DNA of 49,475 nucleotides. It comes from Lama guanicoe (Eukaryota). The notes under the pieces were generated by a model. The model was given only the letters and a program-made list of their open reading frames with translations. It ran no database searches and was not told the DNA's origin. Numbering within the stretch: the first letter of the stretch is position 1; every line of letters starts with the position of its first letter. Location: contig MU054187.1 in assembly GCA_013239625.1 (NCBI GenBank), forward strand, positions 932,001 through 981,475. The letters are read 5' to 3'. The position numbers and the translations under genes were made by a program. Of this stretch, positions 36,468 to 49,475 are shown one piece after another.

Positions 36468-36697
36468 TCCTGATTCTTCCTCCTCTTCCCCCTTTGGTAG
36501 CACAAGTTTGCTCTCTACGTCTGGGAGCCTGCTTCCGCTTTGTAAATAAGTCACTTGTCTCATTTCTTTTCAGGTTCCACAGGTAAGTGACAGCATAGGA
36601 TCTCTGTCTTTCTCTGTCTGACTTACTTCACCTAGTAGGATCAGCTCTAGGTCTATCCACGTTGCTGCAAATGGCATCTCATTCTCTTTTTATGGCT
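36468..36697 (-). mobile_element. Artiodactyl L1 3' UTR fragment
   Basis: Collinear with 9400-9630: aagtttgctctctacgtctg...tgtaaataag...ttccaca...tctgacttacttcac...ctctaggtctatccacgttgctgcaaatggc. Confidence 0.85.
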
Positions 36698-39600
36698 ATA
36701 TTTCAATAAAAAAATTAGTAAATAGAAAGAAGAGGCAGTAGAGATGGAAACAGGATGGAGAAGAGGAGGGACAGCGCAGGGCTCCTGGGGGCCCGTCTCC
36801 CTGGCAGACCCAGGCAGGACGTCAGGATGACTAATGCGTCTTGAAGCAGGTGAGCGGAGCCCTGGCTTCAGGGGACCAGGTGGACCTGGGCCAGCTCTGC
36901 CGTGGTGACCACGAAGGATGGCAGCCCTCCCCTGTTCTCCGCAGCCGCCCCGGCTCCCCTTCCGGATCTCCGAGCAGCACGGCGGGGAGGGACACGCACG
37001 CTCACAGGTGGTCGTGGTGGAATGCACTGCCATCACAGCCGGGTGCCGGGGTGGGATACGGGTGATTTTGATGGAAAGGAGAATGAGTGGGTATTTCTCC
37101 TACATTCAGGTTTGTGAAGACTCAGCCATGTAGATCGCATGATTATTACCTGCATTCTACCGTAACATCCATGTGTTTATTTTTATTATTTTGTGCGGCA
37201 TAGTGAATATTATTTCAACATTATTACAATAAGGCATGATTTTTATAGTTTTTGAAAACTACACTCTGACTTGGAAGATACTCTGAGGGGACTATTTCAT
37301 TGCAAAGGGAGACATTGTATAATAAATGATCATAATGATCTTTCAACATGATTTTATGAATATTGACTTTAATCTTTCATTATCAAATATTTATAATGGG
37401 TGTGCTGTTGAACTAACTGCACACGGTTTGAAGCAGCAAAACCACAGCCGTGAAGAGGTCCAGGTGCTCGTCCCAGGTTCAGGCACCAAGAGAAGGGAGA
37501 GTGTCAGGTGAGTGGTCCCAGGACTCTGGCCAGCGGCGCTGGGAGCAGGGGGGAGCTGGGGGCCAAACGACAGCGGCCAGTGGCTGGTGGGCTGTTTTTG
37601 CCGGTGCTGAGAAAAGGCTGTCTGAGGAACTGGCACGTGTCCCGAGACATGGACCCTGAGAAGGGACTGGCCATGAGACAGAGCCCCAGGCTGAGAGGCT
37701 AGAGAAGACAGAGGCTCCCGGGACTTCCTGCTGCCACGCCGGGACAGGGTTGGTGGTCCTGAATGCACCGGACAAGGACAGACAGTGGAGATGCGGCCGG
37801 AACAAGGAGTTTGCATTTCACCGTGACACTGACTATTTGAGGAAGGAAGCTAGCATTTGACAAAGATGGCTTGGATGCTGCTTTGATACCGGGGGCAGAC
37901 TGAGCAGTAGGTGTGAAGATGCCAGAGGCTTGGCCGTGCTCGTGGGGGAGGACAGCTGGGCCTGGCTGGGGGAGGGTCACTCACAGGGCTCGCTGCAGAA
38001 AGGAGAGGAGAGACAGGTGGGCAGCTGTGTAACTCACCGTCCAAATCGGAATACTTGGAAAGTAAAAGGCAATGCTGATTATCAGGCCAGGGCTAGCGGC
38101 GTAGCCAGACGCGTCTTGAGTAAACCAGGCTGTGTATTAATCCCAGGTTCAGGGAGAAAGAGGAACCAGGACTGAGGTTTTGGTTTTGCAGACGGCAGTG
38201 TGTTTACTCGGGGTGGGGGTGGGGGACCAGCAAAGCCTGTGGCAGGACACATCTGGGAGGAGAAACCAGCTGTTCTCCCCTACATGGTAACTCTCAGAAA
38301 CCCAATTCTGTTTTTTAATCACTGGAACCTGAGTAAGGAGTTAGGGGTTAAAATGCCCCTGAAACACCCCGGACCTGAAGTTTCGCTGTGATTCGTTCAG
38401 TAAGTTTCTGAAATGATTCGGTGGCACTTCATAAGTTTATATTCCAAGTTCACTGAAAAAAAAAATCCGGGAACCAATTTATTTCCCAAGAGGTTTTGTT
38501 AAAAAAGAACAAAACTGGTTCAGCCTCAAATGGTCATCATTGAATATGGCAAATACGTCTCGTTTATGCTTTTCTGTCCCTTCACGATTGGCTAAGGAAA
38601 ACCACAAACCTGACTTGCCAAGAAATTGTCAGAAGACGTCAGACAAGTCAGTTTTTCGATCTCAGTCTCCTCATGTATGGAACCAGAGAAGTGGAATTAG
38701 TATCTTGTGGAACTAGAGCCTGAGTGAATCAACGCCCACAGGATCAGAGGCGGGGCTGGGATGCCCTGACGGCCACATCACCCTCAGATCCTTCATCTCG
38801 ACTCTCGGAACCAGAAGGAGGAAATCTTCACCTCACCTCTAAAGGTTCTGCAACAGGAAAATGAGTGTTCCATGGCTTCTTTGCAGGTAGGCGTCCACAC
38901 ACATGCACATACTTTAACAGGAGATCGTACACCATACCGTTGCCAGTGGAGTCATGCGTGCTCGCAGGGAACAGGTACGCCGCCGTAAGTCACAACGCGG
39001 TGAAGTTACTTTATTTTTCCAGATTTATGAGAGGTGAGTGGCAGAGATAAATTTAAATAATTCATTTGTTCAGCTTCTCGGAGGGAATCATTTTTAAAAA
39101 CAGCGGAAGCTTTTATTCAACGGATTTTCAGTTCAATGTTGAAATGTCAGAAACTAGATATTTGCATAACTTCTGGGATTCCCACTAAATTAAAAGATTT
39201 TGGAAAATAATTAGAAGTGTAATACATGCAACCTCGTCTTGTCTTACAGAATCAAGGAGATAATAAAGCCCTCGGACCGTAAATGTTAATGGAGTGACGC
39301 CTTCACAGAAGCAGTGATGTCAATCAAAGCGGTATTTACAAGGCAGGGTGGCAAGTTTACTTCCCTAGGATGATTTATGAAATCACAGTGAAGTACATAC
39401 TCCATAACATGGTATGAAACTAAGTAGGGAGGCAGTGCTCTATTTTATGGAAAATAAAGTAATTTAGATGAACTTCGATTTTCATTTCAAATGCCATAAC
39501 TCTTCCTATGATTTATTAAAAGTGCCATATTCATGCCTCTGTGATTTGTCTAAAATGCCGTCTTCCTGTCTCTCCCTATATTTCATTGCCAAGTGTCATC

Positions 39601-42600
39601 ATTTGAAAAATATCTCTGAGGACCACTTTTCATTGAAAAATTTGTTCCTGACATTTTCTGTATGATGTTTGTAAGATGTAACTGATACTTGGTAAGTCAG
39701 TGCGTTTCCACGTGACGTCTGTGGACAAAGCCAGTCCAGGTAACACCGTGGCATGTTTCCAGTCGCTCTGTCCTTCGGACCGTGTCACCATCGTCGTCTC
39801 AGGCACATACCAGGGCTGCCTCTCTGTTTACCCATGTCCTTGAAACAGTTACCTGTTGGTAATTTCCAGTTACCTGGAACTTTTCCAGTTCCCCTCGGTC
39901 TTTGATCAACTTCGTCAGGTCCCGCAGAACCCAGCCAGCAGAGGACACGTCCTAGCGCGCCAGGTGGCAGGACACTGGTCACTCCACAGCAGTGTGGGGA
40001 CAGGGTCGGCCAGAGAAGCCGGCTACGGCGTGTGCCTGTTCACTGAGTCGCAGTTAGTGGGGGAGGAAGTGGCGAGAAGCTTAAACAGTCTCTTGTTGAG
40101 AAGAAGTCGTTTTCCTGTTAGGATCAGGTAAGGTTTACAGAGGAACCAGGTAGGAGCTGTGAGCACAGAGCAGCCAGACCTCACGAGTTCTGATCAGAGC
40201 TCGTGACCTGCGCCCTTGAGGGCCCCGGCTAAAGCCGTCCCTTGGCAAAGCTGAGCTGGTGGGACCCACAGTTTCCAGATAGGAACGTGACCATGAGAAT
40301 AGTTCGGTCCTTCATCGCTGTAACTCTCTTTAAACTGTAGAGACACCAGAGATAGGAAGGAACTGGAGGCTGTTCACGGAGGTCAGTCTGTGGCCGTCCT
40401 CAGAGGGCTGCACCCCCTCACCCGGGCACTGACGCTGGCCTCCAGGGGACCCACAGTAGCCACGGGCCTGGTCCCAGTGGTCCAGGTGCTGAGAGAGCTG
40501 GGAGACCGCGGGCTGCCGGCTCACCTGGAGCAGGTGGGACCAGGCTCGGAGTGGCGGGTCTCAGCGCTGGGGGCTGGGCTAGCCTGCGCTCTTGCCCAGA
40601 ACAGTCCTCACTGGGAACGCCGGCCCAACTGGACCTGCAGGGATGACTTAATCATGGACATTTTCTCTGAGTTCTTCTGACCAGACGGTTTTTTAAAATT
40701 ACATTCACACAATAGAGGTACTGGTGCCGAAATGAGCTGGCGGGGTTAAAATTAAGCAGATGCTCCCTACATTTTCACATGAGGGCTGCACCCCCCGCCC
40801 CCCACTACACAGGCGTGATGATGGCAGTACTGACAGACTAACATTTCAGCCCCCGTGCGCGACAGGTTGGACCCCTGGGTCACCGCGACCTCACCTGCCC
40901 CAGCTCACACCAAGTCTGGCGGGAGCACGGCTGTTTAGGACAGAAGGCAGGTTGGCTTCCTAATGTGGCTGAGTCTGTGGCACCAACAGCACACGGAGGT
41001 TTGCCAAGAGGACGTGCCCATGTGGGACTGTGCGGCCGTGGCCTGTTTACTCACCTGGAAGGGGGCAGAGGGCTTCTGCAGCTCTGGGGAGACTCAAGCC
41101 ACGGAAAGGCGGCAGGGAAGACCCACCTCCAAACACACCACACCCTGCCAAGGCGCAGGGCGAGCAATCACAAGGGACCTGTAAAAACAGTTAATTTTGC
41201 CCCAGAAATAATACCTAAGGGAGGAAAACACAGCCTGGAGCTAATCAGCGACCCCAGGCCCTTCCACCTACCGCTCCAGGCTGACCCTTAAAACGTGACT
41301 TCTTCCCGTTGTTTGTGCACTGCGGCACTAATGATACCATTGTGCAGTACAGCCTAACATTCACTCAGGCATATTTCATCAAGATTGGGACTGACGAGTC
41401 AGACAATCTCAGGACAAAATGACGCATGTGGATGGCCCTCCAGCACGGAGGGCCAGTGCGACTGGAGTCAGCCACCACCCAGGTAAACAGGGGAAGAACG
41501 CTTGCGTCAACTGCTTGCTCTTCGATAGTGACGTTAGCAGACTTCACATCACTCCGTCGAGAATGCGCACTTGTAGAAAAGACCACTTAGGGCATAGGTT
41601 TCAGAACGTCCCAACAATCGTGAGGTTTTATTAAGATGCAACGTTACGACGCTTGTAAGGTAAGGGACCCTGCCCGAGGAGCACCACCGGTGGGACGGCG
41701 AGTGACCTCTCCGATTTTAGGGTCTCAGTGTTCTCAGCAGTTAGCTTCTTTTCCCCTCTGGAAAGCTGTGAACCATTCACTGCTGTCTTCCCTTCTTTGT
41801 GCTGACAGCTGCAAGTGCAAGGCCAAAACACTGGTCAACTGCAGTGTTTTTGGAAATAGTGAATGCCCGATTTTGGACATTATTTTGTGTCCTAGTGTCT
41901 ATATTTTTCTGCCTTTATTTTCCCTTTCAGGTCATTTCTTAAAACTTTAAAAAAAACTTGGTGTATAGTGTGAATTTTAAATCTTTATACAAATACTTTT
42001 GGCACAAATTGAGGGGAATTTGTTGAAGATAAACACAAACAAAACAATCAAAAAGTGAGTTTAAAAGTTAAATGCATGTATTTCAGTTCAAAGTATTTTC
42101 TCCCTTGTGCTTCCAAACCACTATCCTTTGCCAACTGCTTTATCAGAACCTTCACAGCCACGGTTCTCTCTCAGATTCCAGATGCAGCTCAGACTGCGTT
42201 TAATGACATGGACCCCCAGTCTCAGTTGCGTCTCGCCCGGTGCCGGCTCGCTGTGTGTCTCTGTTTTTGGAAGCATTCGGGGAAACGCTCACGTGGCCCT
42301 CAGCTTAGCTTCCCCGAGGCGGGGCGGTGTGGCTGACTTCTCCGTTCATCCCCTGGTCCTGCGGCTCTGAGTCGGTCTGTGGATTCACCGCAGGGGCTCG
42401 GGGCGCCCCGGCTGCCCTCCCCGCGGCCGCTCCGGTGGTGACGGGGTGACAGCCGCGGGGCTCCAGACGCACTCAGGGCCCGAGGTGGAGCATCTCCGGG
42501 AACCGCCTCACACAGACAGCTTGTCTTCATTCCTTGTCTCCGTCAGCTGCGCACACCGGCAAGCGTTCCTCTGGGCACTGACTGCACACTTCATAAGTCA

Positions 42601-44439
42601 CCGTCAAGATCCCATTTTAAAATACATGTGTAGTGAGTCGGGTTCTCGTAGCTCAGGTTTGTGAGATTACTAAACAGATATAAGCAAGTGGTCCAATGGG
42701 TATCAGCTACTTTTAGACGTATTCATATCTTGTTGAGCAGTAACGTGCCTACTTGGATGTCATCACTGCAGGCATGCAGGGACTTTGCATGGGGCAGGAC
42801 GACCATCACCAATCAGCTTCTACAGAAGCAGTCGGTTGCATTTTGAAGCTACTGTTGACAAGTCCCTTTTAACGTAACCTGCATAACTTAGAAGACATAG
42901 ATCAGTGGGTCATCCTTGCTCCACAAGAAGGAATTATTTCTTCAGATAAGAAGCTGCGGAGGTGGGGGGCCATCTCCAAGTGCTGTCTGAGGTTAGAGAG
43001 ATGGAACGTGAGGGTGGACATGCTCACTTTCAAACCTGATGCCCGCGCTCCGGGAGAAGGTTGCAGTGGTAAGACTTGGGAGGTGATGGGATGTCAGGGG
43101 CAGGACGCATGCCAACATGGTTCTCTGTGAAAAGCATTCACAGTCCAGGCCAGACCCCCATGGGACACCCCCCCCCCCCGGCTGGAAGGGCTGAGCAGGG
43201 CAATCCAGGCGAGGTCCGTACACACTTTCTGAATTGTCTGGAGAGCTGACAAGTCCGGGCACTGCCCAGAAAGGCCTTCAAGTGTAGGAATAAAAATAAC
43301 ATCAGGTTTTCCCAAAACTACAAGATTTCTGGGTCCTTTGTTTGCATTTCAAAGGCTGATAAGCCCTCCTTAGCCCAAATCAAATGAGACACATCTCCAG
43401 TGTTGCAGCTCTCCCTATTTCTATGAACGGGGGTCCTGGGGACACAGGACCTGAAAAGCTCCTGCTGTTCTGAGGCTGATGTGGAGGGAGGCCCCATTCT
43501 CAGAGGATGGGCTGGAGGACGACACAAGGTGACCCGAGGCACAGGGGCCTGAGGGGGGCACCCAGATACGATTTCCGTTCGATGCTGACCTCAATTTTAG
43601 AGCTGGATTAAGACATTGGTTGGGGGCAGGTCATACTGCTGGCAGTAAATAAATACAGCTTAATCCCTGACTCTAGAACAGCACCCATCCTCCTGGGGAG
43701 AGAGGGAACTTCTCACAGGACAGGTGAGAAACACGTTCACCGCAAAGATCACAGGGTGTGAGGCCAGTGGGACAGAGGAAGGGAACAAAGGCTGACCGGA
43801 AGGCTCCGAAGGGCTCTCGGAAGACGATTTCTTGTGAAGCACAGGCGCCGGTAGCTAAATCCAGAAGCAAGCGTTCAACCCAAGTGAGGCAGAATTCCAG
43901 CGACTGCCCTGCGCGTCTGTCCAGCTGACTCTCTTCCGATGCCTCTGTCCTGCCTCAAACTACCCACCGGGTCTCGCCTTCAGTGGCTGTTCTTTTCATT
44001 TGAGAAATGCATAGATTTTCTTTTTAAAAACCTGCCTGCACATTCGCATATTGAATCTTTTTCTTTCTCTGAGAAGCAGCTTCCTTTTTGTTAACACTTC
44101 GAGCATTTAATCTGTGTTCTCTCTCCCACTGTTACTTATGCCGCCTGGGTCCCTGCGCTGCTAGTCCCCCAACCTGCGCAGTCTGCTGACTCAGGGGGAC
44201 CGTTTCCCCGTACGTTTGTGACGTTTCAGTGCGAATTCGTCTTCAGTGGTGGTGTGGGTGAGGGTGTCAGGGCTCCTCCCTCCCGAGTGGTTTTTCGCAG
44301 CCTACTTCAGGACTTCTCATGACAGGTCTCCACCTCCCTCAAGACACAGCTCGCCTCCTGTCTGGGTGGGCTTGTGCAGCACTGAAGCCCGGGTCCCGGG
44401 CAGTGAGGTCCCCAGCACTGCCCAGTGCCTGGGCCATTG

Positions 44440-44830
44440 AGGCTCCGGGCTGGAATGGAAGTCTGTGTCCAGTCCCATTTACACATTGATTGAAGGACCT
44501 CAGGTCCTCAGAGGCTGGTGGCCGAAAGTTTTAGTTCTCTGCCATGTGAGCTACCCTAATGGTTTACTTACAACAGGGGAGGTAGCTTCCTCCAGAGCAA
44601 GAATTCTGTGAGAGGACAGAGGGGCAGAGAGCAGGTGAGCTGGTGAGGACCCAGGATGGAGCTGCCGACTTCATAACCTGATGTTGGAAGGGCCACTCCA
44701 TCACTTGTGCCACTCAGACCAACCCCAAGAGGAAGGGAGTGGGACCAGGGACTGCACAAGGCCAAGAAGGCCGAGAGCGAGGCATGAGCGGAGGCTCTGG
44801 GAGTGAGCCGCTGGACGGATCTTTCTTAAC
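44440..44830. mobile_element. Decayed MLT1 (G/H-like) LTR
   Basis: agttctctgccatgtgagct...gcttcctccagagcaag...ataacctgatgttggaag...ccatcactt...cagaccaacccc...gggactgcacaagg resembles older MLT1 LTRs. Confidence 0.5.
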
Positions 44831-44839
44831 CACATTGTT

Positions 44840-45330
44840 TTATAACGAGCCCAGAGTGGAAAGAATCCAGATGTTCATCACTGTTAGACGGGAGATGTAA
44901 TCTCTGGTATACTCACAAACTGGAATATTACATAGCAGTGAAGATCAATCAGCTACAGCCACAACACAGGTACAATGTGGAGTAGAAGGAACAAGACAGA
45001 GAGGAATAATTATAATTTGATTACAATCATGTAAGTTCCTACACTAGCAAAACTGATTGGATTTTTATGAATGTAAACCCTGGAGGTAAAATGATAAAGA
45101 AAAACAAGGAGTTCATCACAACAAAAGTCAAGACAGAGGTTCTGTCCCAGGGGTGAGGGGTGTGTTTGGCGGGAGCACAGGGGAGCTCGTGCAGCACTGC
45201 TGGTGCCTGTCTCCGCGCCCCCCTGCTGGGTACGCCGGTACCCCCTGCGTGAGCACTCCTTCCACCACGCAGCCGCCATTTCATCGGTGTGTGTTGCAGT
45301 CATGCTGAAACGTCTAACCGTAGCATAAAG
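44840..45330 (+). mobile_element. L1ME-like 3' fragment
   Basis: tccagatgttcatca...ctggtatactcacaaactggaata...gcagtgaagatcaatcagctacagc...ggtaaaatgataaagaaaaacaagg...acaaaagtcaagacagaggtt. Confidence 0.65.
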
Positions 45331-48269
45331 TGCAGTGAGCTCCTTACGTGAAAACTGATTCCATGTGCCTCTCTGCATGTTTAGGTCTGATGTCATGGCA
45401 GTTTTCTTCTAGAAGAAAACTCCTTATATGTTAGAAAAAAAATCTGAAGATTGGTCAATAAGTACAAATGTCACACTGTCGAATTAATAAAAATCGCCCT
45501 GTTCCCTCCCAGTATTCCTTGCGTTCAAGGCATCTGTCACATATTTCTCAAATGTCACCCAAAGGTCGCAGGAGTGCCATGGACAATGTTGACATTCAGA
45601 CAGTATTAGAACAGAGATGAAGAAAAGAAAGAGCAGCAGAAGAAAGAGGAGACAAAAGAGGATGCAAGGGAAAGACGCAAGGCAGTGAGAAGGACCAGGA
45701 AGAGGGGATGCGGGGGCTCTGTCCGGGGACCCTGCTGCTCAGTTGTTGTCACACAAAACGCAACTGAGGTTTTCCAAAAAGCCATGCACTTTGTCTTCAT
45801 ATTTGTTGGACTAATTAGACTAAAATAGTTATTAGCAGAAAAGAAGGCTGCCAATTTCTACTTTCTTTATTAAGGAAAAATGTGAGAACACACGAGAAAG
45901 AGCTTAGTACTTTGTAAACTTCCATCCAGGTGTGAGTCATTATTATGGTCTAATATATTTGTTACGTATTTTGAATTAAATGTATTCCAAACCACTTGAG
46001 AACGCTTTTATAATAATATTCAAAACCACTAAGGTTAGTACTCAGACGTTTCGGCGTTCCCAGCATGCCGCTCAGCCCTACGTGGCTACGGGCCTGCCAC
46101 CCTGCGGTGTAGACGTTTCAAAGAACAGAATGCGACCGTGGCATGTACACACACCTGGAGCAAACATTTGATGGTTATGACTTTGAAGGCTATGAACCAG
46201 AGGGCCCTGAATGGCATGGCCCAGCGCGCCCGAACACCACCGCTTCCACACCAGCTCCATGAGGGACAGAGTGCCCTGCAGGCTTTGTTCTCTGGGGGTG
46301 TACGTACAGAAATAGGATAGTATTTTTTCCTTCTGTTTGTTTATTTGTTTTTGACAACCAGGGATAGTATTTCAGACACAGCCAACTCATAAATACATCT
46401 GCAGCACAAAATGCAATTCATACAAGCTCCGTTTAAAAAGAAGCGCATCTTTTGTGCATATCGGATATAAGATTTAAGCAGGACCCCCAAGAATGAAATG
46501 GATTAAAACCGAAGAAGGCACTTTCACTGGCCTTCCACACGGACCGCTGCTCTGTTTCTCCGCACAAATTCTTCGGAAGGAAAGTAACATTCTGCAGCAC
46601 CGCTGCGCACGCTGCTTCCGGCCATTTCCATGAGCACAGCCCTCCTCGGCTTTGGAGATGCGTCTTTGCATCCATTTCATCTGTAAGTTCTACTTCCTGC
46701 TTAAAAAGGACTTCGCTGCGGCCGAGTGTCTATCGTCCAGCCTCACGCTAACAGGCAGAGTGGAGAAATGCTGACAAAGTGCTCTTTCTCAGGGCATGAG
46801 CTTTCCACGGGGGAGCGTCCTAGGCGAGCTCCGGCAGCGCCACCGACGACGCCTCGCTGCTTTGTTGCAGACCTCACAGCAGGCGGGCACCTCGGGGACC
46901 AAGCTGCCTGGGAGAATTTTGATTTACATGAAAAGGATACAATCATTAAAATGCAGATGAAACATTGTTATCATTCAACACATTACATTTTAATACAGGA
47001 AAAATCACCTTTAACTTTTCTGCAAATTATGGCCTCCAGGGAACCTCCGTATAATTATTGTACTGTTTCTGGCCGAGTCACAGTCAATTCTGACATATTT
47101 TGGAAATGAAAATTAGATCCTGTGAGCTAGTGACAACCTAAAAGACAACTGGCTTTTCAGATTGCCTCAAATCTACGTGTTTCCCCTCCAGAAAAGACCA
47201 TTTCTTCATTCTTATTTTGCTTCTGGGAGTGTTGAAGGGTTGAACGTGGAACTAAAGGTAGACAAAAATGTATGTGAACACTGGAAAAAAACAGAAAATG
47301 GAGTCAGACAGTTGAGCCAGGAGGAGCAGACACCGGGGCCAGCACACACCGCTGGGGACAAGCCTGAAGATCCCACCACCGCCCACTTCTAAACCAGAGC
47401 CACCTGCAGCTGTGAGAGCCACGGCCGGTCTCCCGGGACATCCTGGCAGCCTGCCTGGGGGAGGGGGCGTGTGACTTGGGCTGAACCACAGAGCAGAGGG
47501 TCAGGCAGACCAGTACATCTGGCATTAAGTTGGGTCTGAAAGCTCTGGAGCACAGGTGCCCTCTGCTGCCGCACGGAATGTGAGCTTCTCAGGTGACATG
47601 CTAAGTGGGACACTGGCTTTTCCTTAGTCAGGAGCTCCTGTGATTTATTTTGGGGGCCCCTACAGGCAGTCTGCGTGGTGAGAGTTTGCGGGCCTTTGAG
47701 CACACAGGACCAGGCCTGGTGTCGAGGAGGAACAGGACCAGCGCTGGCTGTAGACCCGAGACAGCTGGGCTGAGCGCTCTGCAGCAGGGACACCCATAGC
47801 AGCCTGGCCTCCTCCTGGAGCAAGTGGTGGGACTTCTAGACTCTGGGGGGGCGCTGAGGTCAGGCCCTGCTGCCCAGTGAGGGGGCAAGGGGCCGCCGGG
47901 ACTGCGGGCTGGGCCCACGTGGGTGGCTCCTCCCTCCCGTAGATGGGGCACAGGCACCGTCCTTGCTGACTAGGACATGGTGAAGGCTGGCTCTGGGTCC
48001 CTGAGAAGGACACTCCTGGGTGGTGGGTGATGCTTGTCCAGCTCAAAAGGACAGAGGACACATTTAAACTCCCAGTTTTCTGAAGTAAATGCTCCAAGAG
48101 AAGAGAAGTAATGCTGGGAACCGCCAGCTCCTGGACTGCCTTGCGTTCTCCCAGGCAGGGACTTGGAGGAGGCAGGGCCACGCCTGGGACATGGCCTTGG
48201 TTACTAGAAGCCACACCGGGCTCGTCACAGCTCTCAGAGCGGGAGAGGGCTCCTGGTTCTCAAGGGCGG

Positions 48270-49008
48270 AAGGACATTTGAATCGCTTCTTCCTTTGACG
48301 GTTGTGAATGATGCTGTAGTGAACACAGGTGTACAGGTGTCTGTTGGGGTCTCTGCTTTCAGTTCTTTGGGGAACACGCCTAGAAGTGGAATTTCCAGAT
48401 CATATGGTAATTGTACTTTAAGTCATTTGAGCAACTGCCACAATGTTTTCCACGTGGCTGCACCACGTCACATTCCCACCAGTAGCAGTGTGCACCAGTT
48501 CCAGTTTTGTTTTGTTTTTTTAACATTGTCACCAACCTACGCTCTTTTCTGTTGCTTTTGTTACTGTTTTAACAATAGCCGCCGTGATGCGTGTGAAGCC
48601 GTGTATCACGGTGATTCTGACCGGTGTGTCCTTAACGATGTGTGAAGCTCTGCATGTGCTGTTTGCTGACTGTTTGTATGTCTCCTTCGGAGAATGTCTG
48701 CTCACATCTTTGCAGGTGTTTTAACCGGGGTGTTTGGTTTTTGTCACTGAGTTCCTTACATAATCTGGATGTTTGCTCCCTACCAGGTATCGAAAATGTT
48801 TTGTCCCTTTCTGTGGGTTGCCTTCTTACTGTATTAATACTATCTTTTAATGCAAAAAAACTTCAATTCTATGTGGTCCAATTTATCTATGTTTCCTCTT
48901 ACTTCCCGTCATTGTTGCCGTACATGGAAATGACTATCAGGTCCAATGTCGTGAGGACTTTCTCCTGTGTGTTCTCTTACATGCGCTTTAGTTTTCGCTC
49001 TTACGGTT
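48270..49008 (-). mobile_element. L1MB-like ORF2 3' fragment
   Basis: ggacatttg...gttgtgaatgatgctgtagtgaacacaggtgtaca...cctagaagtggaatt...catatggtaatt...cattcccaccag...tgtatgtctccttcggagaatgtctg...ttctgtgggttgcctt is antisense L1 ORF2. Confidence 0.88.
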
Positions 49009-49029
49009 AACTGACTATGAGATTCTTAC

Positions 49030-49152
49030 AAAATTTCCATTTTGTTTCTAGTAATATTTCTGGGATTAAAGTCTATTTGATCTGATATTAATACAACCTC
49101 TTCAGCTCTTTAGAGGTTACATTTTGCATCATACATATTTCCCTATACTTTC
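49030..49152 (-). mobile_element. Old L1 ORF2 endonuclease-region fragment
   Basis: ttaaagtctatttgatctgatattaatacaacctcttcagctctt...ttgcatcatacatatttccc matches antisense L1 EN-coding sequence. Confidence 0.6.
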
Positions 49153-49153
49153 A

Positions 49154-49475
49154 TTTCTTTTTTAACATTTTTTATTGATTTATAATCATTTTACAATGTT
49201 GTGTCATATTCCAGTGTAGAGCACAATTTTTCAGTTATACATGAACATACATATATTCATAGTCACATATTTTTCTCCATGAGCTACCATAAGATCTTGT
49301 ATATATTTCTCTGTGCTATAAAGTATAATCTTGTTTATCTATTCTATAATTTTGAAGTCCCAGTCTATCCCTTCCCACCCCCCTCCCCCTTGGCAACCAC
49401 AAGTTTGTATTCTAGGTCTATGAGTCTATTTCTGTTTTGTATTGTAGTTCTTTTCTTCTTTATTTTAGATTCCAC
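49154..49475 (-). mobile_element. Young camelid L1 3' end (runs off the window)
   Basis: ttttttaacattttttattgatttataatcattttacaatgttgtgtca...gagcacaatttttcagttatacatgaacatacatatattcat...ggcaaccacaagtttgtattct is the characteristic camelid L1 tail. Confidence 0.9.

Noticed and set aside
48295..49010. 116-aa and 122-aa + strand ORFs (and 8956-9387, 9709-9969)
   Set aside because: They are antisense readings of decayed L1 sequence.

Overview
This is mammalian nuclear DNA, most likely from a camelid (alpaca or camel). That assignment rests on three tRNA-Ala-derived SINEs of the Vic-1 type and on camelid/artiodactyl-style L1 3' ends. I recognise no protein-coding gene, rRNA, true tRNA or CRISPR array, so the window looks intergenic, intronic or lncRNA-like. 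It contains ancient and younger L1 fragments, MER3, MIR, MLT1 LTRs, a probable ERV solo LTR, several micro- and minisatellites, and a run of CpG-island or promoter-like elements at about 11.5, 21.5, 24.7, 28.3 and 32.2 kb. The best candidates for something undescribed are: (1) a spliced 77-aa small ORF with a perfect upstream Kozak GCCACC at 26.4-26.8 kb, whose donor doubles as a recursive-splice-type AG|GT motif; (2) a 14-bp GC-box VNTR inside a promoter-like element; (3) a CpG island fused to an MLT1A LTR and a 240-bp polypurine tract, with a GC-skew flip; (4) a 9-nt microexon-like motif inside an antisense L1; and (5) a pair of ARE/MARE sites. All of these are hypotheses from sequence alone. 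Repeat subfamily names come from recalled consensus sequences, and their boundaries are approximate.
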